A stretch of 63,072 nucleotides of DNA, the filler included, from Anaerolineae bacterium (GTDB taxonomy: Bacteria > Chloroflexota > Anaerolineae > Epilineales > Epilineaceae), in assembly GCA_029262755.1 (NCBI GenBank). It is 5 parts of 5 records of this genome, joined end to end, with 100 filler letters (N's around TTAATTAATTAA, not from the genome) between each part and the next. Parts side by side here need not be neighbours in the genome. Positions count along the whole stretch, not along the records: positions 17,972 to 29,502 come from JAJCYU010000151.1; positions 29,603 to 51,071 come from JAJCYU010000153.1; 3 more parts are not named here. One strand, 5' to 3'. The position numbers and the translations under genes are program-made. How positions within the stretch are numbered: position 1 is the stretch's first letter; each line of letters begins with the position of its first letter. The notes under the pieces were generated by a model that was not told the origin of the DNA, ran no database searches, and worked only from the letters and a program-made list of their open reading frames with translations. This document shows, piece by piece, positions 27,913 to 38,311 of this stretch.

Positions 27913-29195
27913 GGCATCGGCTCCGCGTGAACGCGCCACACGGGCAGGGTATCGACCCCGAAGAGCGCAGCAATGTTGGAGCCGGCGTCCGGTTGAGCCC
28001 GTTGGATCCATGCCACCCTATCGCCGGCAGAACTTGTCCGTGTAACCACGGGCCCAGCCGTCACCCACTGGTCGACCGCGCTACGCTGCGTTGCGGGGGC
28101 GCCGCCGTCGGCCGGGACGCTCCACACCGCGCCGGCGAGCCGGTAGACAAGCCGATCGCCGTCCGGGTGGACCGCAACTGTGCGCACGACGTCCGGTACC
28201 CCTTCCGGCGGCGTAAGCTGCGCAAGCTCTACGACTCCGCCTTCCGTGCCGTCCCATCCCATGAGTCGGGCCGTAAAGCGAGGGACGTCCAGGACACCCG
28301 GCACCGCCTGGTGCACCACGAAGCGCAGCGCGCCCGACGGCAAGACAACGGGTACCGCCTGATGCCTTCCGGGAAGATCCGCGACCAACTCGCGAACTCC
28401 GGATTGGACGTCGATCCGCTCTAGCCGCGCGCCGAATGGGTCCGGGTGGCTGCCGACGAACAGGGCGGTAGCATCCGGAGACCACGCGATGGTGGCCGCT
28501 GCAACGCTCGCCGGGGTGAGCAGGCCGATCGAGAGCGTGCGTGTCAGACCGGTCGTGTGCTCGAGCACGATGAGCCGGCCGTCCGCAAGCAAGAGCGCGC
28601 TCGACCGGCTGTCGGGCGAGACAGCAATCTCGTTGATCCGGTAGGCGTTGTCGGTGAGCGTCGTTGCCTCGCCATCATCGATCTGGAAAATGTCCGCGAA
28701 GGCATAGCGGGCGCCTGCTTCGTCGTGATGGCGCGTCGCCCCCACGACGAGGCTGCCGTCCGGTGCGGCCCGAACATCGCGGAACGAGCGAACCGGCTCG
28801 GGTAGCGCCACGAGCGCGCGGGCCGTATCGGTTAGCACGCCTGAAGGATCCGCCTTCAGATGAAAGACCGTTGCGCCGGATAGATAGGTCCGTCCAACGG
28901 TGTACACGACATCGCCTGAACCATCTTCCACGAAGGCCAGAGCCCGGGCATGGTCTTCGGACCCGGTGCGAACAGGTAGACCCGCGGCCTGTTCACCATC
29001 GGGAGTCGAGTACGGCAGCGGCGTCATGTCCGGCAACGGAGTCTCGTCCGGCACGGACGGCGCCGTCGCGGCGGCGATACGAGACGACATGTCCTGACCG
29101 GAGCCGAAGGGCAGCACCATCAAGCACGCTGCCACGACAGCCGCGCCCGCCACAGCAATTGCGGTCCAAGGCCCAACACGAATCACACAGTGCAT
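27909..29195 (-). CDS. Membrane-anchored/secreted beta-propeller (TolB/PD40-like) protein
   Basis: N-terminal hydrophobic helix; repeated APDG, SPDS, WSPD and HPDG blade motifs; GAGGGAGG RBS. Confidence 0.65.
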   Translation of the reverse strand: MHCVIRVGPWTAIAVAGAAVVAACLMVLPFGSGQDMSSRIAAATAPSVPDETPLPDMTPLPYSTPDGEQAAGLPVRTGSEDHARALAFVEDGSGDVVYTVGRTYLSGATVFHLKADPSGVLTDTARALVALPEPVRSFRDVRAAPDGSLVVGATRHHDEAGARYAFADIFQIDDGEATTLTDNAYRINEIAVSPDSRSSALLLADGRLIVLEHTTGLTRTLSIGLLTPASVAAATIAWSPDATALFVGSHPDPFGARLERIDVQSGVRELVADLPGRHQAVPVVLPSGALRFVVHQAVPGVLDVPRFTARLMGWDGTEGGVVELAQLTPPEGVPDVVRTVAVHPDGDRLVYRLAGAVWSVPADGGAPATQRSAVDQWVTAGPVVTRTSSAGDRVAWIQRAQPDAGSNIAALFGVDTLPVWRVHAEPMP

Positions 29196-29407
29196 AGGTT
29201 CCCTCCCTCGCACTACATAGCGAGGCACGGCCGACGATCGGCGAGGGGGGGGGCACAGCATAACGGGCGGGGGGTCGGATTGCCAGGGGAACGGCGCCGC
29301 GCTCGCGACAGAGATACGACGCGGAAGGCAAGCCGATGGGCTCAAGCAGGCGCGAGACGAACAGCCTCAACACACCCGAGCACGAGTTAAAGAAAAAAAC
29401 GAGTCTG

Positions 29408-29502
29408 CTGGCGGTGACCTACTCTCCCACGGGGTTACCCCCGCAGTACCATCGGCGCTGGCGAGCTTAACTTCTGGGTTCGGGATGGGACCAGGTGTGA
29501 CC
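29408..29502 (-). rRNA. rrf: 5S rRNA (5'-truncated by contig end)
   Basis: Reverse complement of conserved 5S sequence (ACCTACTCTCCC...AGTACCATCGGCGC...CTTAACTTC.GGGTTCGGGATGGGACC). Confidence 0.95.
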
Positions 29503-29602
29503 NNNNNNNNNNNNNNNNNNNNNNNNNNNNNNNNNNNNNNNNNNNNTTAATTAATTAANNNNNNNNNNNNNNNNNNNNNNNNNNNNNNNNNNNNNNNNNN
29601 NN
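29503..29602. other. Artificial contig spacer
   Basis: N44-TTAATTAATTAA-N44. Confidence 0.98.
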
Positions 29603-29811
29603 CGCGCCGGAGTAACGCCGCGTCGGCGCTATACTCACGGCGCTCCCACCCTGGCCGTCTGGCCTGCGGCGCTCCCTTGAGCCGATGCCGCATCGAACCG
29701 TGCTGCGTCGTGGCCGGGTTCAGACGACGTTCCGACTGCGCCCACTCTACGTTTCAGATTCTCCGCAACCGCATCGCAGCCACGCCCCCTACCACGTACC
29801 TGAGGTGCCCC

Positions 29812-31821
29812 TTGTCCACTCGCCGCCTGCTCGTGCTCGTTCCTTTCGCCCTCCTGTGCGCGCTGATCGCCGCCCCGCTCGCTGTTCCACGGCTGGCGGG
29901 TGCGCAGAGCGATCCGAACGACGCCGTGGCGCCGCGCCGGGTGGTGCTGGAGATGGGCGCCCCCGGCGAGATGCCGGATGCCGCGGTGCTCGCACAGTTG
30001 GCCGCCCTTGCCGCCCCCGATCAGGCGGCCAACAAGATGCCGCGGACCGGGTGCACGGTCGCGATCTCCGAGACGGTGAACGGACGCGTGGAAGGCGCAC
30101 CGATGCCGGTCTGCGAAGAGGCGGAGATTCAGGTGACCATGGGCGTGACATGCCCCACGTCGCTGCCGATGCATCTCGTGTTCGTGATCGGCAAGCATCT
30201 GCTCATGGAGGATCACCTCGACGAGGTGAAGCGGCAGGCAAGGGCCGTCCTCGAGGCCATCGACTTCACGCCCAACACCAAGGTGGGCGTGGTTTCGGTC
30301 AGCTTGCAGCAACGCGTTGAGCAGGAGCTCACCGACAGCAAGGGGCGCGCGCTCTCGGCCATCCAGGGCGTCCGGCTCGACAACGTGAACCCGCTGACCC
30401 GCTACACGGACTGGATCGGCAAGGCCCAAGAGATGCTCGAAAAGGCGCGCACGGAGTACGCTCCCGTCTCGCCGATCGAAGTGATCTTGATCTACTCGAC
30501 CGGCTGCCCCCAGGTGTCGGGCGGCGAGCAATACTGCAACAGGCAGATTGCATCGGCAGGCAAAGCCAAGGGCCTCGGGATGACCGTGGTAGGGGTGTGC
30601 AAGCCGGATGTAATGCCCTTCGGCCTACCCATCGGCGCCGTCATGGGCGAGCACTGCCGCTACATTCGTCAGATGGCCACCAACGGCTACTACTACGACC
30701 TCCGTCAGGCGCCGCGCTCGGCCACGGACGTCACCGCGCTGGGCCGCGAGAGCCTCGATCTGAACCTCGACCTCGTGCGTCTAACGGAAGTGTTGGGGCC
30801 GGGCGTGCAGATCGTGCCGGGCTCGCTGCGGGCCGAGAGTCCGGTTACGCCGACGGTCAACGGCAACGAGATCGCCTGGTCGTGGCCCGATATCACGGCC
30901 GGCACACGGCTGACGGCCACGTACCGCATCTCGCCGACCACGGCCGTCACGGTGCCGCTGCGCACCAAGGACAGCCATATTCTGCTCGTCGACACACTGG
31001 AGCGCCTCTCCGACCCGCTACCGGTGCCGATGCGCGATCTCGGATTCGAACCCTGCATCGGACCCACGGCCACACCGACACCGCTCCCGCCGACCGCCAC
31101 CCCAACACCGCGCCCCACGGATACGCCTACGGCAACGCCACTCGCGACCGCGACGGCCACGACGACCCCAACGCCCGAGCCGGGCATGGTCTACCTGCCC
31201 GTCTCGCTCCAGGGTGTATGCCTACCCGGCAAACAACGCTTCGACGTCGTGCTCGCCATCGACGCGAGCTCGAGCATGACCGCGGACTCCGGTGGCATGA
31301 CCGGCATCGCGGCTGCGCGCGACGCCGCCGGCGCCTTCCTCGACCTACTCGCGCTTGAGGAGGGCGATCGCGCCGCGATTCTAACCTTCCACGCCACGGC
31401 CCAGGTGGTTGCCGACCTCGGCGCGAATCGCGCGGAGCTCGACGCGGCCGTCGCGGGGATCGTGACCGGCGAGGGAACGCGTATCGATCGTGCGATGCAG
31501 GCCGCGTCCGACACCCTTGCCGCACGCTCCGGGTCCGCGAACGAAGCCGTGCTCGTGCTCCTGACGGATGGTCAGCAGGCCGGTCCGGATGCGCTCGTGG
31601 CCACGCAGATCGCGTTGCGCGTGCGCACCGAGGGTGTCCGGCTCTTCACGGTGGGCCTCGGCGCGGGCGTGGAAGAGGCGTTCTTGATCGGCTTGGCCGG
31701 CGATCCGCTGCGCTTCCTGCGCGCACCGTCCGTGGACGACCTTCGCACGTCCTTCGAGCGCATCGCCCGCGACCTTCCGTGCCCGGGCGGCACCGTCTGG
31801 CCCCTGGCCGACCAACGCTAG
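29812..31821 (+). CDS. Secreted protein: degenerate vWA, Ig-like, Pro/Thr linker, YLP motif, vWA
   Basis: Signal peptide; C-terminal MIDAS DASSSM, TRID, LLTDG; PT-rich linker; MVYLP; TTG start after GAGGTG. Confidence 0.8.
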   Translation: MSTRRLLVLVPFALLCALIAAPLAVPRLAGAQSDPNDAVAPRRVVLEMGAPGEMPDAAVLAQLAALAAPDQAANKMPRTGCTVAISETVNGRVEGAPMPVCEEAEIQVTMGVTCPTSLPMHLVFVIGKHLLMEDHLDEVKRQARAVLEAIDFTPNTKVGVVSVSLQQRVEQELTDSKGRALSAIQGVRLDNVNPLTRYTDWIGKAQEMLEKARTEYAPVSPIEVILIYSTGCPQVSGGEQYCNRQIASAGKAKGLGMTVVGVCKPDVMPFGLPIGAVMGEHCRYIRQMATNGYYYDLRQAPRSATDVTALGRESLDLNLDLVRLTEVLGPGVQIVPGSLRAESPVTPTVNGNEIAWSWPDITAGTRLTATYRISPTTAVTVPLRTKDSHILLVDTLERLSDPLPVPMRDLGFEPCIGPTATPTPLPPTATPTPRPTDTPTATPLATATATTTPTPEPGMVYLPVSLQGVCLPGKQRFDVVLAIDASSSMTADSGGMTGIAAARDAAGAFLDLLALEEGDRAAILTFHATAQVVADLGANRAELDAAVAGIVTGEGTRIDRAMQAASDTLAARSGSANEAVLVLLTDGQQAGPDALVATQIALRVRTEGVRLFTVGLGAGVEEAFLIGLAGDPLRFLRAPSVDDLRTSFERIARDLPCPGGTVWPLADQR

Positions 31822-32078
31822 GAGCGTACTCCTCCGGTTCGTGTCGAGCGGCGCGAACCGGCCGGCGCAGCGGCCGGCGCGAACCGGCCGGCGCGGCCTC
31901 GTCGATTCGGCCCCCTCGACATCGCTCCGCCGGCAAGACTCCGTCGGCGCGGCCTCGGGCGGGCGATCGAGAGTGCAACGGTGACTACGGCGACCGCTCG
32001 TCGGCCGCTCGTCGTGCGCTCGACGACCGCTCGTTGGCCGCGCGTTACGCCCCCGTGCTGTACGCGGCGTCCTGTCGC

Positions 32079-32705
32079 TTACCGCAGTTGGTCGAGGAAG
32101 GCGCGGATATCTGCTTGCGCCGGCCAGCCGCCGACATTGCCCGCTGTGCGACCATCTTTGTCATAGAGTACGAGCGTCGACGCCCGTTGAATGTTGAAAC
32201 GCCGCACCAGCTCCGCCGCGGCCGCATCGTCGATGTCGACGCGCACGAAGCCGACCTCGTCGCCGTATTCCGCGGCCAACTCGTCCAAGTCTCTCTCGAT
32301 CTCCGGGCACCGGTTGCAACCGGGACGGTAGAACCACGCGGCCACGGGTCGCCCGATCCGTCCTTCTTCGGCCGCGAGCACGGCCTCGGGCTCCGACGCT
32401 CCGCCGCGCAGCACGTAGCGTTCGCCGGTCGCCGCCCCTTCGTCACCGCCGTCGCCTTCGGTGCCGGCCGACAGGGAGTTGCCCGGAGCCGGTACGGATT
32501 CGCCTGCCGAGAGTGCCTCGTTGGTGGCGATGGCCACGGCGCGGAGGGCGACAGCGGTCGCGTCGTCGCGCGCAAGCCGGTCCTCGTTCTGCGGCCCATC
32601 GTCCGTATCCGTGCCATCGCCGCAGCCCATGGAGCCCAGCGCGAGCAGGCTCGAGCATACGAGCACGATGAACGTGACGCGTGCGTGGTGCACACGGTCC
32701 TCCAT
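32079..32705 (-). CDS. Thioredoxin-like lipoprotein
   Basis: Lipobox LGSMGC; WFYRPGCNRC CxxC; FVRVDID; start uncertain. Confidence 0.75.
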   Translation of the reverse strand: MEDRVHHARVTFIVLVCSSLLALGSMGCGDGTDTDDGPQNEDRLARDDATAVALRAVAIATNEALSAGESVPAPGNSLSAGTEGDGGDEGAATGERYVLRGGASEPEAVLAAEEGRIGRPVAAWFYRPGCNRCPEIERDLDELAAEYGDEVGFVRVDIDDAAAAELVRRFNIQRASTLVLYDKDGRTAGNVGGWPAQADIRAFLDQLR

Positions 32706-32891
32706 AGCGGGCAGGGCGCGAGATTCCCACATGCGAGCGTTCATTCTAAAGCTCCTTGGATGCCGGAGGACCTGATCCGGCCTGACATTGCGGAGACGAA
32801 GCATCCGCGACGTGCTGCTGTTGCGAATAATTCCGTTGCCATGGCTACGACGGAGGGACGACGTGTCTAGTTCGGGCGCACCGACACAAGC

Positions 32892-32948
32892 GCCATCGCC
32901 AACGCCATCGCCAACACCATCGTAATCACCGATGTCGACACCGCCACG
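32892..32948. repeat. Degenerate 6-bp-period intergenic repeat
   Basis: (CGCCAT/CGCCAA/CACCAT)n-like run. Confidence 0.5.
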
Positions 32949-33173
32949 TGCGAGCTCGCGGTCCGCGAGCCGGTGGTCCGTATCGGTCCGGACAACACGG
33001 CCTTCGTCGTGCTACCCTGAGACATCCGCAATGGGCCCACGATCCAAGACCGGCCCATATCGCCATCAGAGGGCGACCGTGCTACGTGTCCGCCGGCAAC
33101 GCGCACCCTGTCGCGAAGCGTAGCGATCGTGGGCGGTCGCGTGAAGCCGGAGCGCGCACGAAGCGTGATCCCG

Positions 33174-33189
33174 TGGCGTAACCTTTGCG
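33174..33189 (+). promoter_or_regulatory. Possible second sigma54 promoter
   Basis: TGGCGTAACCTTTGCG with GG-N10-GC spacing; intergenic, about 150 nt upstream of the 33338 start. Confidence 0.4.
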
Positions 33190-33337
33190 CCCGCGCGGTA
33201 TTAATCCCTCTGCGCGTCATGAATTCGGCGCTGCGAGTCGCTATCCTCCTGCTCATCTGAATTCAAGTTGCCTTTCCCGGCCGTCCCCAAACGCCCATTC
33301 GACGTGTCCGAGCCTTCATCTATCCCTGGAGCCCAAC

Positions 33338-34762
33338 GTGTCTCATACCTGGACCCTCCCACGCTGGATCCCCGCCATGCTGGCGGGTGTAGTCCTCGCC
33401 GCGGCCTTCGTGGCGTATGCGCGCACTCCCCGGGCCTCGGCCCAGGGTGCCGCGACGCCGAGCGGCGTCTTTCAGGACGCGACCCTGACCATCGTCGGCA
33501 CCGCCGAAGACGGACTCGACGTCCCGCGCGATCTCGCCTTCCACAATATGGAAGGCAGGACCAATGAGCTCTGGACCGTCAACCGCGCCACGGACGGCAC
33601 CGTCATCTGGCACGGGCCGATGTCCGAGAACCCGCGCACCGTCGCGCAGGTGGACGGCTTCGCCAATCACTTCATGGAAGAGGTCAGCTCGATCGCTTTC
33701 GGAGCCGATGGGGACTTCGCCACCTGCCAGGAATCGCGCAATACCTACAACGGTCGCGGACGGCCGAACGACTTCATGGGACCGACGCTGTGGGACGGCG
33801 ATCCGCGGATTTACGCCACGGTGAACCAGCCGCGCCCGGACGCTACGTTGCTGGAGCTCGCCGCGTTGGTCGAGGGCGCGTTGTGCAGCCCGCTGGACCC
33901 GGACGGCCCGCCGCGCCCAAAGACCAATCGTCGTAGCGGCGTGGACGGCGTCCAGCAGCAGCTGCTCGGCAGCCATATCGACATGCTGCACCAGAGCCCC
34001 GATTGCATGGGCATCGAGCATCATGCCGGCAACGGCTATTGGGTGACCGACGGCCACAACGAGCACGTGGTCTTCTACGACTTCAAGATCGACCACGGTC
34101 CCGGCGGCGACGATCATTCGGACGGCATCGTGCGCCGCTATCCGGATGCGCCGTTCACGCGCGTACCGGATGTGCCCGGCCACATGGCGCGCGACTGGGC
34201 CAGCGACTGGCTCTACTATGCCGACACGGGCGAGGGCGTCGTCCGCCGCATCGATGTGACCAGCGGACGCGTCGTATCCAACCTTCCGCCGCGCAACGAG
34301 CCGCTCGCTGAGTTCTCGGCCATGGGTGGCGTCACGGTGGAGGAATTCGCCGCGGACTTCGTACAGCCGGCCGGTATCGCGGTGCACGCGACCGCCAACC
34401 TGCTGCTCGTGGGCGATCATGCGACGGGTGACCTGGTGGCATTGGACCTGGATACCGGCGCGGAGCGTGGACGTCTTGCAACGGGGGCCGAGGGCTTGAT
34501 GGGCATCGAGGTCGACCCCGAGGGACGCGTTTGGTTTGTCGACGGCGCGGGCAACCACGTCGTGCGGATCGAGACCGATCCGGCCGCCTGGCCCTCGGAG
34601 CCGAACGAGCCGCCGACGGCGGAACCGACCGCCGAGCCGACGGAAGAGCCCACCGCGGTGCCGTCGACGCTGACGCCCGAGCCGACCGCGACCCCCGATC
34701 CCACGGCGACACCCGAACCGACGCGCTGGTTCGCGTGGCTGCCCCACCTGCTGCGCCGCTGA
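33338..34762 (+). CDS. Secreted His-rich beta-propeller-like hypothetical protein with PT linker and WLP tail
   Basis: Signal peptide ending ASA; NHFM, SHIDMLHQSP, DHGPGGDDHSDG; NHL-like blades; ends WFAWLPHLLRR. Confidence 0.75.
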   Translation: MSHTWTLPRWIPAMLAGVVLAAAFVAYARTPRASAQGAATPSGVFQDATLTIVGTAEDGLDVPRDLAFHNMEGRTNELWTVNRATDGTVIWHGPMSENPRTVAQVDGFANHFMEEVSSIAFGADGDFATCQESRNTYNGRGRPNDFMGPTLWDGDPRIYATVNQPRPDATLLELAALVEGALCSPLDPDGPPRPKTNRRSGVDGVQQQLLGSHIDMLHQSPDCMGIEHHAGNGYWVTDGHNEHVVFYDFKIDHGPGGDDHSDGIVRRYPDAPFTRVPDVPGHMARDWASDWLYYADTGEGVVRRIDVTSGRVVSNLPPRNEPLAEFSAMGGVTVEEFAADFVQPAGIAVHATANLLLVGDHATGDLVALDLDTGAERGRLATGAEGLMGIEVDPEGRVWFVDGAGNHVVRIETDPAAWPSEPNEPPTAEPTAEPTEEPTAVPSTLTPEPTATPDPTATPEPTRWFAWLPHLLRR

Positions 34763-37230
34763 TGAACGAAGGCGCGACGCGACCCGCACCCGTGATGCGT
34801 CGCGCCTTCCCGCGGACCCTCCTGCATGGTTTTCTTCGGCACTGCGAGACTCTCGATCCGAAGCACGTAGCACGGCGAGCTTCTCGATACACGCTGCCCT
34901 TGCCCCGAACGGACCGAATCCTGGCGGCGACGTGCCTCGCTATCCTCGCCTGCGCGACCCCAACGGCGGGATCGAACGCGCGTAGCGTCCGGGCACAAGT
35001 TGGCGTGGCGCGCCCGGATCTGGTCGTGAGCGCGATCGATCGAACGGCGCTGGTGGAGGACATTGGGTCGGGGGACGTCAGCGGCGCCGTTCACGTCGCG
35101 CTACGCAACCAAGGCGCGGGCGTGGCCGAACAGGTCGTGGTCACCGTCTACGCGGACGGCGACGGCGACGGAAGCATCGACCCCCGCATCGACGCGCGCC
35201 TGGGCGGTGCGAACGGAAGCAGGCTCGCACCGGGTTCGGATGCGACGGTTCTCGTTCCCATCGCCGGGCGTTTGCGCCTGCGCGGCGCCCGGCTGCTGGC
35301 CGTCGCGTCCACGATAGGCGGTGCCGCGGACGTGGACGCCACCAACGACGCGCGCCTGTCCTCAGCCGTCTGCATGCGCCGAGCCCGACCCGCCCGACCC
35401 GCACCGCGCTTGGAGTGGGCGTGGCGGTCCAGCGATATCGAGGCGGAGTCCGTGCACGTCATCGGCGTCCCAGCGGTCGCGGATGTCGACGCGGACGGAA
35501 GACCCGAAGTGTCCTTCGTAACGTTTGAAGCGAAGAGCTTCAATGCGGAGGACCACAAGGCGAACGGCGTGCTGCGCATTCTCGACGGGCGCACGGGCGC
35601 CGAACGAGCTGCTGTCTCCGACCCGGCCCTCCGCTTGCGGCCGAACGTAGGCGTCGCCGCGGTCGACCTCGAAGGCGACGGCCGGGCAGAGATCATAGGC
35701 CTCGCGGAAGACGCGCAGAGCGTCTTGGCCTTCCGCGGCGACGGTTCGCTCGTCTGGCGAAGTGCGCCCTTCGGCGCCTGGCACGCCGGTGCGATTACGG
35801 TTGCCGACCTCGAAGGCGACGGGCGGCCCGAGATCATCGTCGGCGTCACGGTCATTGAGGCGGACGGCTCCATCCGGTGGAGCCGCGACCAGGCGGGTCT
35901 CGCCGGCTTGTCGCGCGGAGCCGGCAAATTGCAGGCGGTGGTCTCCACGGCCGATGTCGATCTGGACGGCCGGCTCGAGATCGTGGCCGGCCCCACGGTG
36001 TTTCGCTCGGACGGCAGCGTGCTCTGGCGTTCCGACGTGGTCGACGAAGCCTTCAGCGTTCCGATCAACCTCGACGACGACCCCTTCCCGGAGTTTGCGT
36101 TGGTCCGTCTCGGCGCTCTCTATGCGCTGGACCATGATGGCACCCGGCTCTGGGGTCCCGTCGCGCTGGCGGGCGGAGCGGTCAACAACGGCGGCGGTCC
36201 ACCGGCGGTAGCGGACCTGGACGGGGACGGCGTTCCGGAGATCGTTGTTGCCGACCGCATAGCCCTCGCCGCCTACCATGCCGACGGCGGCTTGCGCTGG
36301 ACCCTGCCCATCCGGGATGCCACGTCGAAATCCACAAGCGTCAGCCTCTTCGATTTCGAGGGCGACGGCATCCCGGAAGTCGTGCACGGCGACGAGAGCG
36401 TGCTGCGGATCGTGCGCGGCATCGACGGCGGCGAGTGGTGGCAGACCGCCAGCAGCAACGGTACGCAGGTGGAGCTGCCCGTCATCGCCGACGTCGACGC
36501 CGACGGCCACGCGGAGATCGTGCGCGTCGTGAACAGTTATACCACGGGCCGATCGCAAGGGGTCGAGGTCTACGGCATGGACGAGGCATGGCTCGGCGCC
36601 CCGCCGGTGTGGAACCAACATGCCTACACGGCGGGGGCGGCCGGTGCGGCCGCGCGCGTTCCGGCCGTCACCGCACCGAGTTGGCTTGCCCACAACACCG
36701 TCCGCGTCGCGCCCACCCTGCTCGACGCGCTCTTTGACCTGGACGCATCCGCGGGCCGTCTGCGCTTGGAGCGCGGCGAAGACGGCGGCGTGCAGCTGCG
36801 CGCCACGTTGGGCAGCGTGGGTCTACGCCCGCTGCCGCCCGGCTCGCGTCTGCTCTTCTCGCTGGTCAGGGAAGACGGGAGCGAATCGCCGTTGGGCAGC
36901 TCCAACGAAACGGGCGCGGCGTTCGCGCCGGGCGCCGGCGTGCAGCTGTGGGCCCCGTGGCCGAGCGGCGCAGCGCGAACAGGCGCAGTCGGAGGCGAAA
37001 CGCAACGGATCGCCGTGCGGACGTTCGTGCCCGGGCGAACGAGGGACTGCGACCCGACGAACGACCGTAGTGTCGTAGAACTACCGTGGCCCTCCGATTC
37101 TGTGCCATCTCCGACGCTGGCGCCGACCCCACGCCCAACCCCACGCAGCACCGCGACGCCTGGCGCGACCCGCATCTGGTGGCTGCATCTACCGCTCGTG
37201 CGACGGATCCGGCTGCCTGGCACTACATGA
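34762..37230 (+). CDS. Secreted CARDB plus FG-GAP/VCBS repeat protein with HLP tail
   Basis: PDLVV CARDB-like start; repeated ADxDGDGxPEI Ca-binding blades; TGATG overlap with the upstream gene; WWLHLPLVRR. Confidence 0.85.
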   Translation: MNEGATRPAPVMRRAFPRTLLHGFLRHCETLDPKHVARRASRYTLPLPRTDRILAATCLAILACATPTAGSNARSVRAQVGVARPDLVVSAIDRTALVEDIGSGDVSGAVHVALRNQGAGVAEQVVVTVYADGDGDGSIDPRIDARLGGANGSRLAPGSDATVLVPIAGRLRLRGARLLAVASTIGGAADVDATNDARLSSAVCMRRARPARPAPRLEWAWRSSDIEAESVHVIGVPAVADVDADGRPEVSFVTFEAKSFNAEDHKANGVLRILDGRTGAERAAVSDPALRLRPNVGVAAVDLEGDGRAEIIGLAEDAQSVLAFRGDGSLVWRSAPFGAWHAGAITVADLEGDGRPEIIVGVTVIEADGSIRWSRDQAGLAGLSRGAGKLQAVVSTADVDLDGRLEIVAGPTVFRSDGSVLWRSDVVDEAFSVPINLDDDPFPEFALVRLGALYALDHDGTRLWGPVALAGGAVNNGGGPPAVADLDGDGVPEIVVADRIALAAYHADGGLRWTLPIRDATSKSTSVSLFDFEGDGIPEVVHGDESVLRIVRGIDGGEWWQTASSNGTQVELPVIADVDADGHAEIVRVVNSYTTGRSQGVEVYGMDEAWLGAPPVWNQHAYTAGAAGAAARVPAVTAPSWLAHNTVRVAPTLLDALFDLDASAGRLRLERGEDGGVQLRATLGSVGLRPLPPGSRLLFSLVREDGSESPLGSSNETGAAFAPGAGVQLWAPWPSGAARTGAVGGETQRIAVRTFVPGRTRDCDPTNDRSVVELPWPSDSVPSPTLAPTPRPTPRSTATPGATRIWWLHLPLVRRIRLPGTT

Positions 37231-37324
37231 GGTGTTACGCCCACCTAAGCAAGGGCGCGTCCATCAAGACCCTGCGCTGCGCTTCGCCACCCTTGGTTCG
37301 GTCATCGCAGGATCATGCGCGCAC

Positions 37325-38311
37325 CTACCCCCCGAGCGTGTGCATCCGGCGCTTGGGATGGATGCCCGCCGCCAACGAGTGGCCGGTCGGCTTCTCGCCG
37401 ATCGCACGCGCAAGCACGGCGCGCACTTCATCGTCACCGGCGCCCGACCGTAGGACGGCTCGGACGTCGATCTCGTCGTCGTGCAGCAGGCATAGGTGAA
37501 AGCGGCCATCCGCGGTCAGGCGCATGCGGTTGCAAGTGCCGCAGTAGGGCTCGCTGACGGGCGAGATGAAGCCCACGGTGCCCCGCCCGCCGGCCAGCTG
37601 GAAGTTGCGCGCTTCGTCCGCCGGATCGGCGTTGTGCAGGGGCGTGAGCGGGCCTAACGCCGCCACGATCTTCGCGGCCACCTCGTCGTTCGACACGTAG
37701 CGGTCGATGGAGAATTGCGCCTCGGCCCCGGCGCCCAGCGGCATGAGCTCGATGAAACGCACGTGCCAGTCACGCTCGAGGGTCAAGCGCGCCAGCTCCA
37801 CCGGATCCTCGACGTCGTTGAAGCCTCGTGCGACGACCGCGTTGAGCTTGATCGGCAACAATCCTGCTTCTTCCGCGGCGGCGATGCCCGCCAACACATC
37901 GTCCACGCTGCCCCAGCGCATCAAGTTGCTCATCCGCGCCGGATCGAGCGAATCGACGTGAACGTTCACGCGCCGCAGACCCGCCGCCGCAAGGGGCGCG
38001 GCCAAGGCCGGCAGTCGGGCGCCGTTCGTGGTCATCGCCACGTCCTCGATACCCGGTGTTTCGGCGATGGCGCGCACGATTCTTACGAGGTCACGACGCA
38101 GCGTGGGCTCGCCGCCGGTCAAGCGTACCTTTCGGAAACCGAGACTCGCCGCGACGCGCACTACCGTGGCGATCTCGTCGGCCTGCAGGAGGCTCTCGTC
38201 GGGTTCGAACACGAGGCCTTCGGTCGGCATGCAATAGTGGCATCGAAAATTGCAGCGATCCGTCAGGGAGATGCGGAGATAGTCGATGCGCCGCCCGAAG
38301 TCGTCGTTCAT
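37325..38311 (-). CDS. moaA: GTP 3',8-cyclase MoaA
   Basis: YLRISLTDRCNFRCHYCMP radical SAM motif; C-terminal CGTCNR...CL; terminal GG. Confidence 0.97.
   Translation of the reverse strand: MNDDFGRRIDYLRISLTDRCNFRCHYCMPTEGLVFEPDESLLQADEIATVVRVAASLGFRKVRLTGGEPTLRRDLVRIVRAIAETPGIEDVAMTTNGARLPALAAPLAAAGLRRVNVHVDSLDPARMSNLMRWGSVDDVLAGIAAAEEAGLLPIKLNAVVARGFNDVEDPVELARLTLERDWHVRFIELMPLGAGAEAQFSIDRYVSNDEVAAKIVAALGPLTPLHNADPADEARNFQLAGGRGTVGFISPVSEPYCGTCNRMRLTADGRFHLCLLHDDEIDVRAVLRSGAGDDEVRAVLARAIGEKPTGHSLAAGIHPKRRMHTLGG

Noticed and set aside
31850..32043. Short direct repeats (GGCGCGAACCGGCCGGCGC twice; CGACCGCTCGT twice) as a CRISPR or att site
   Set aside because: Only two copies each, spacers too short, and no cas or integrase gene nearby.
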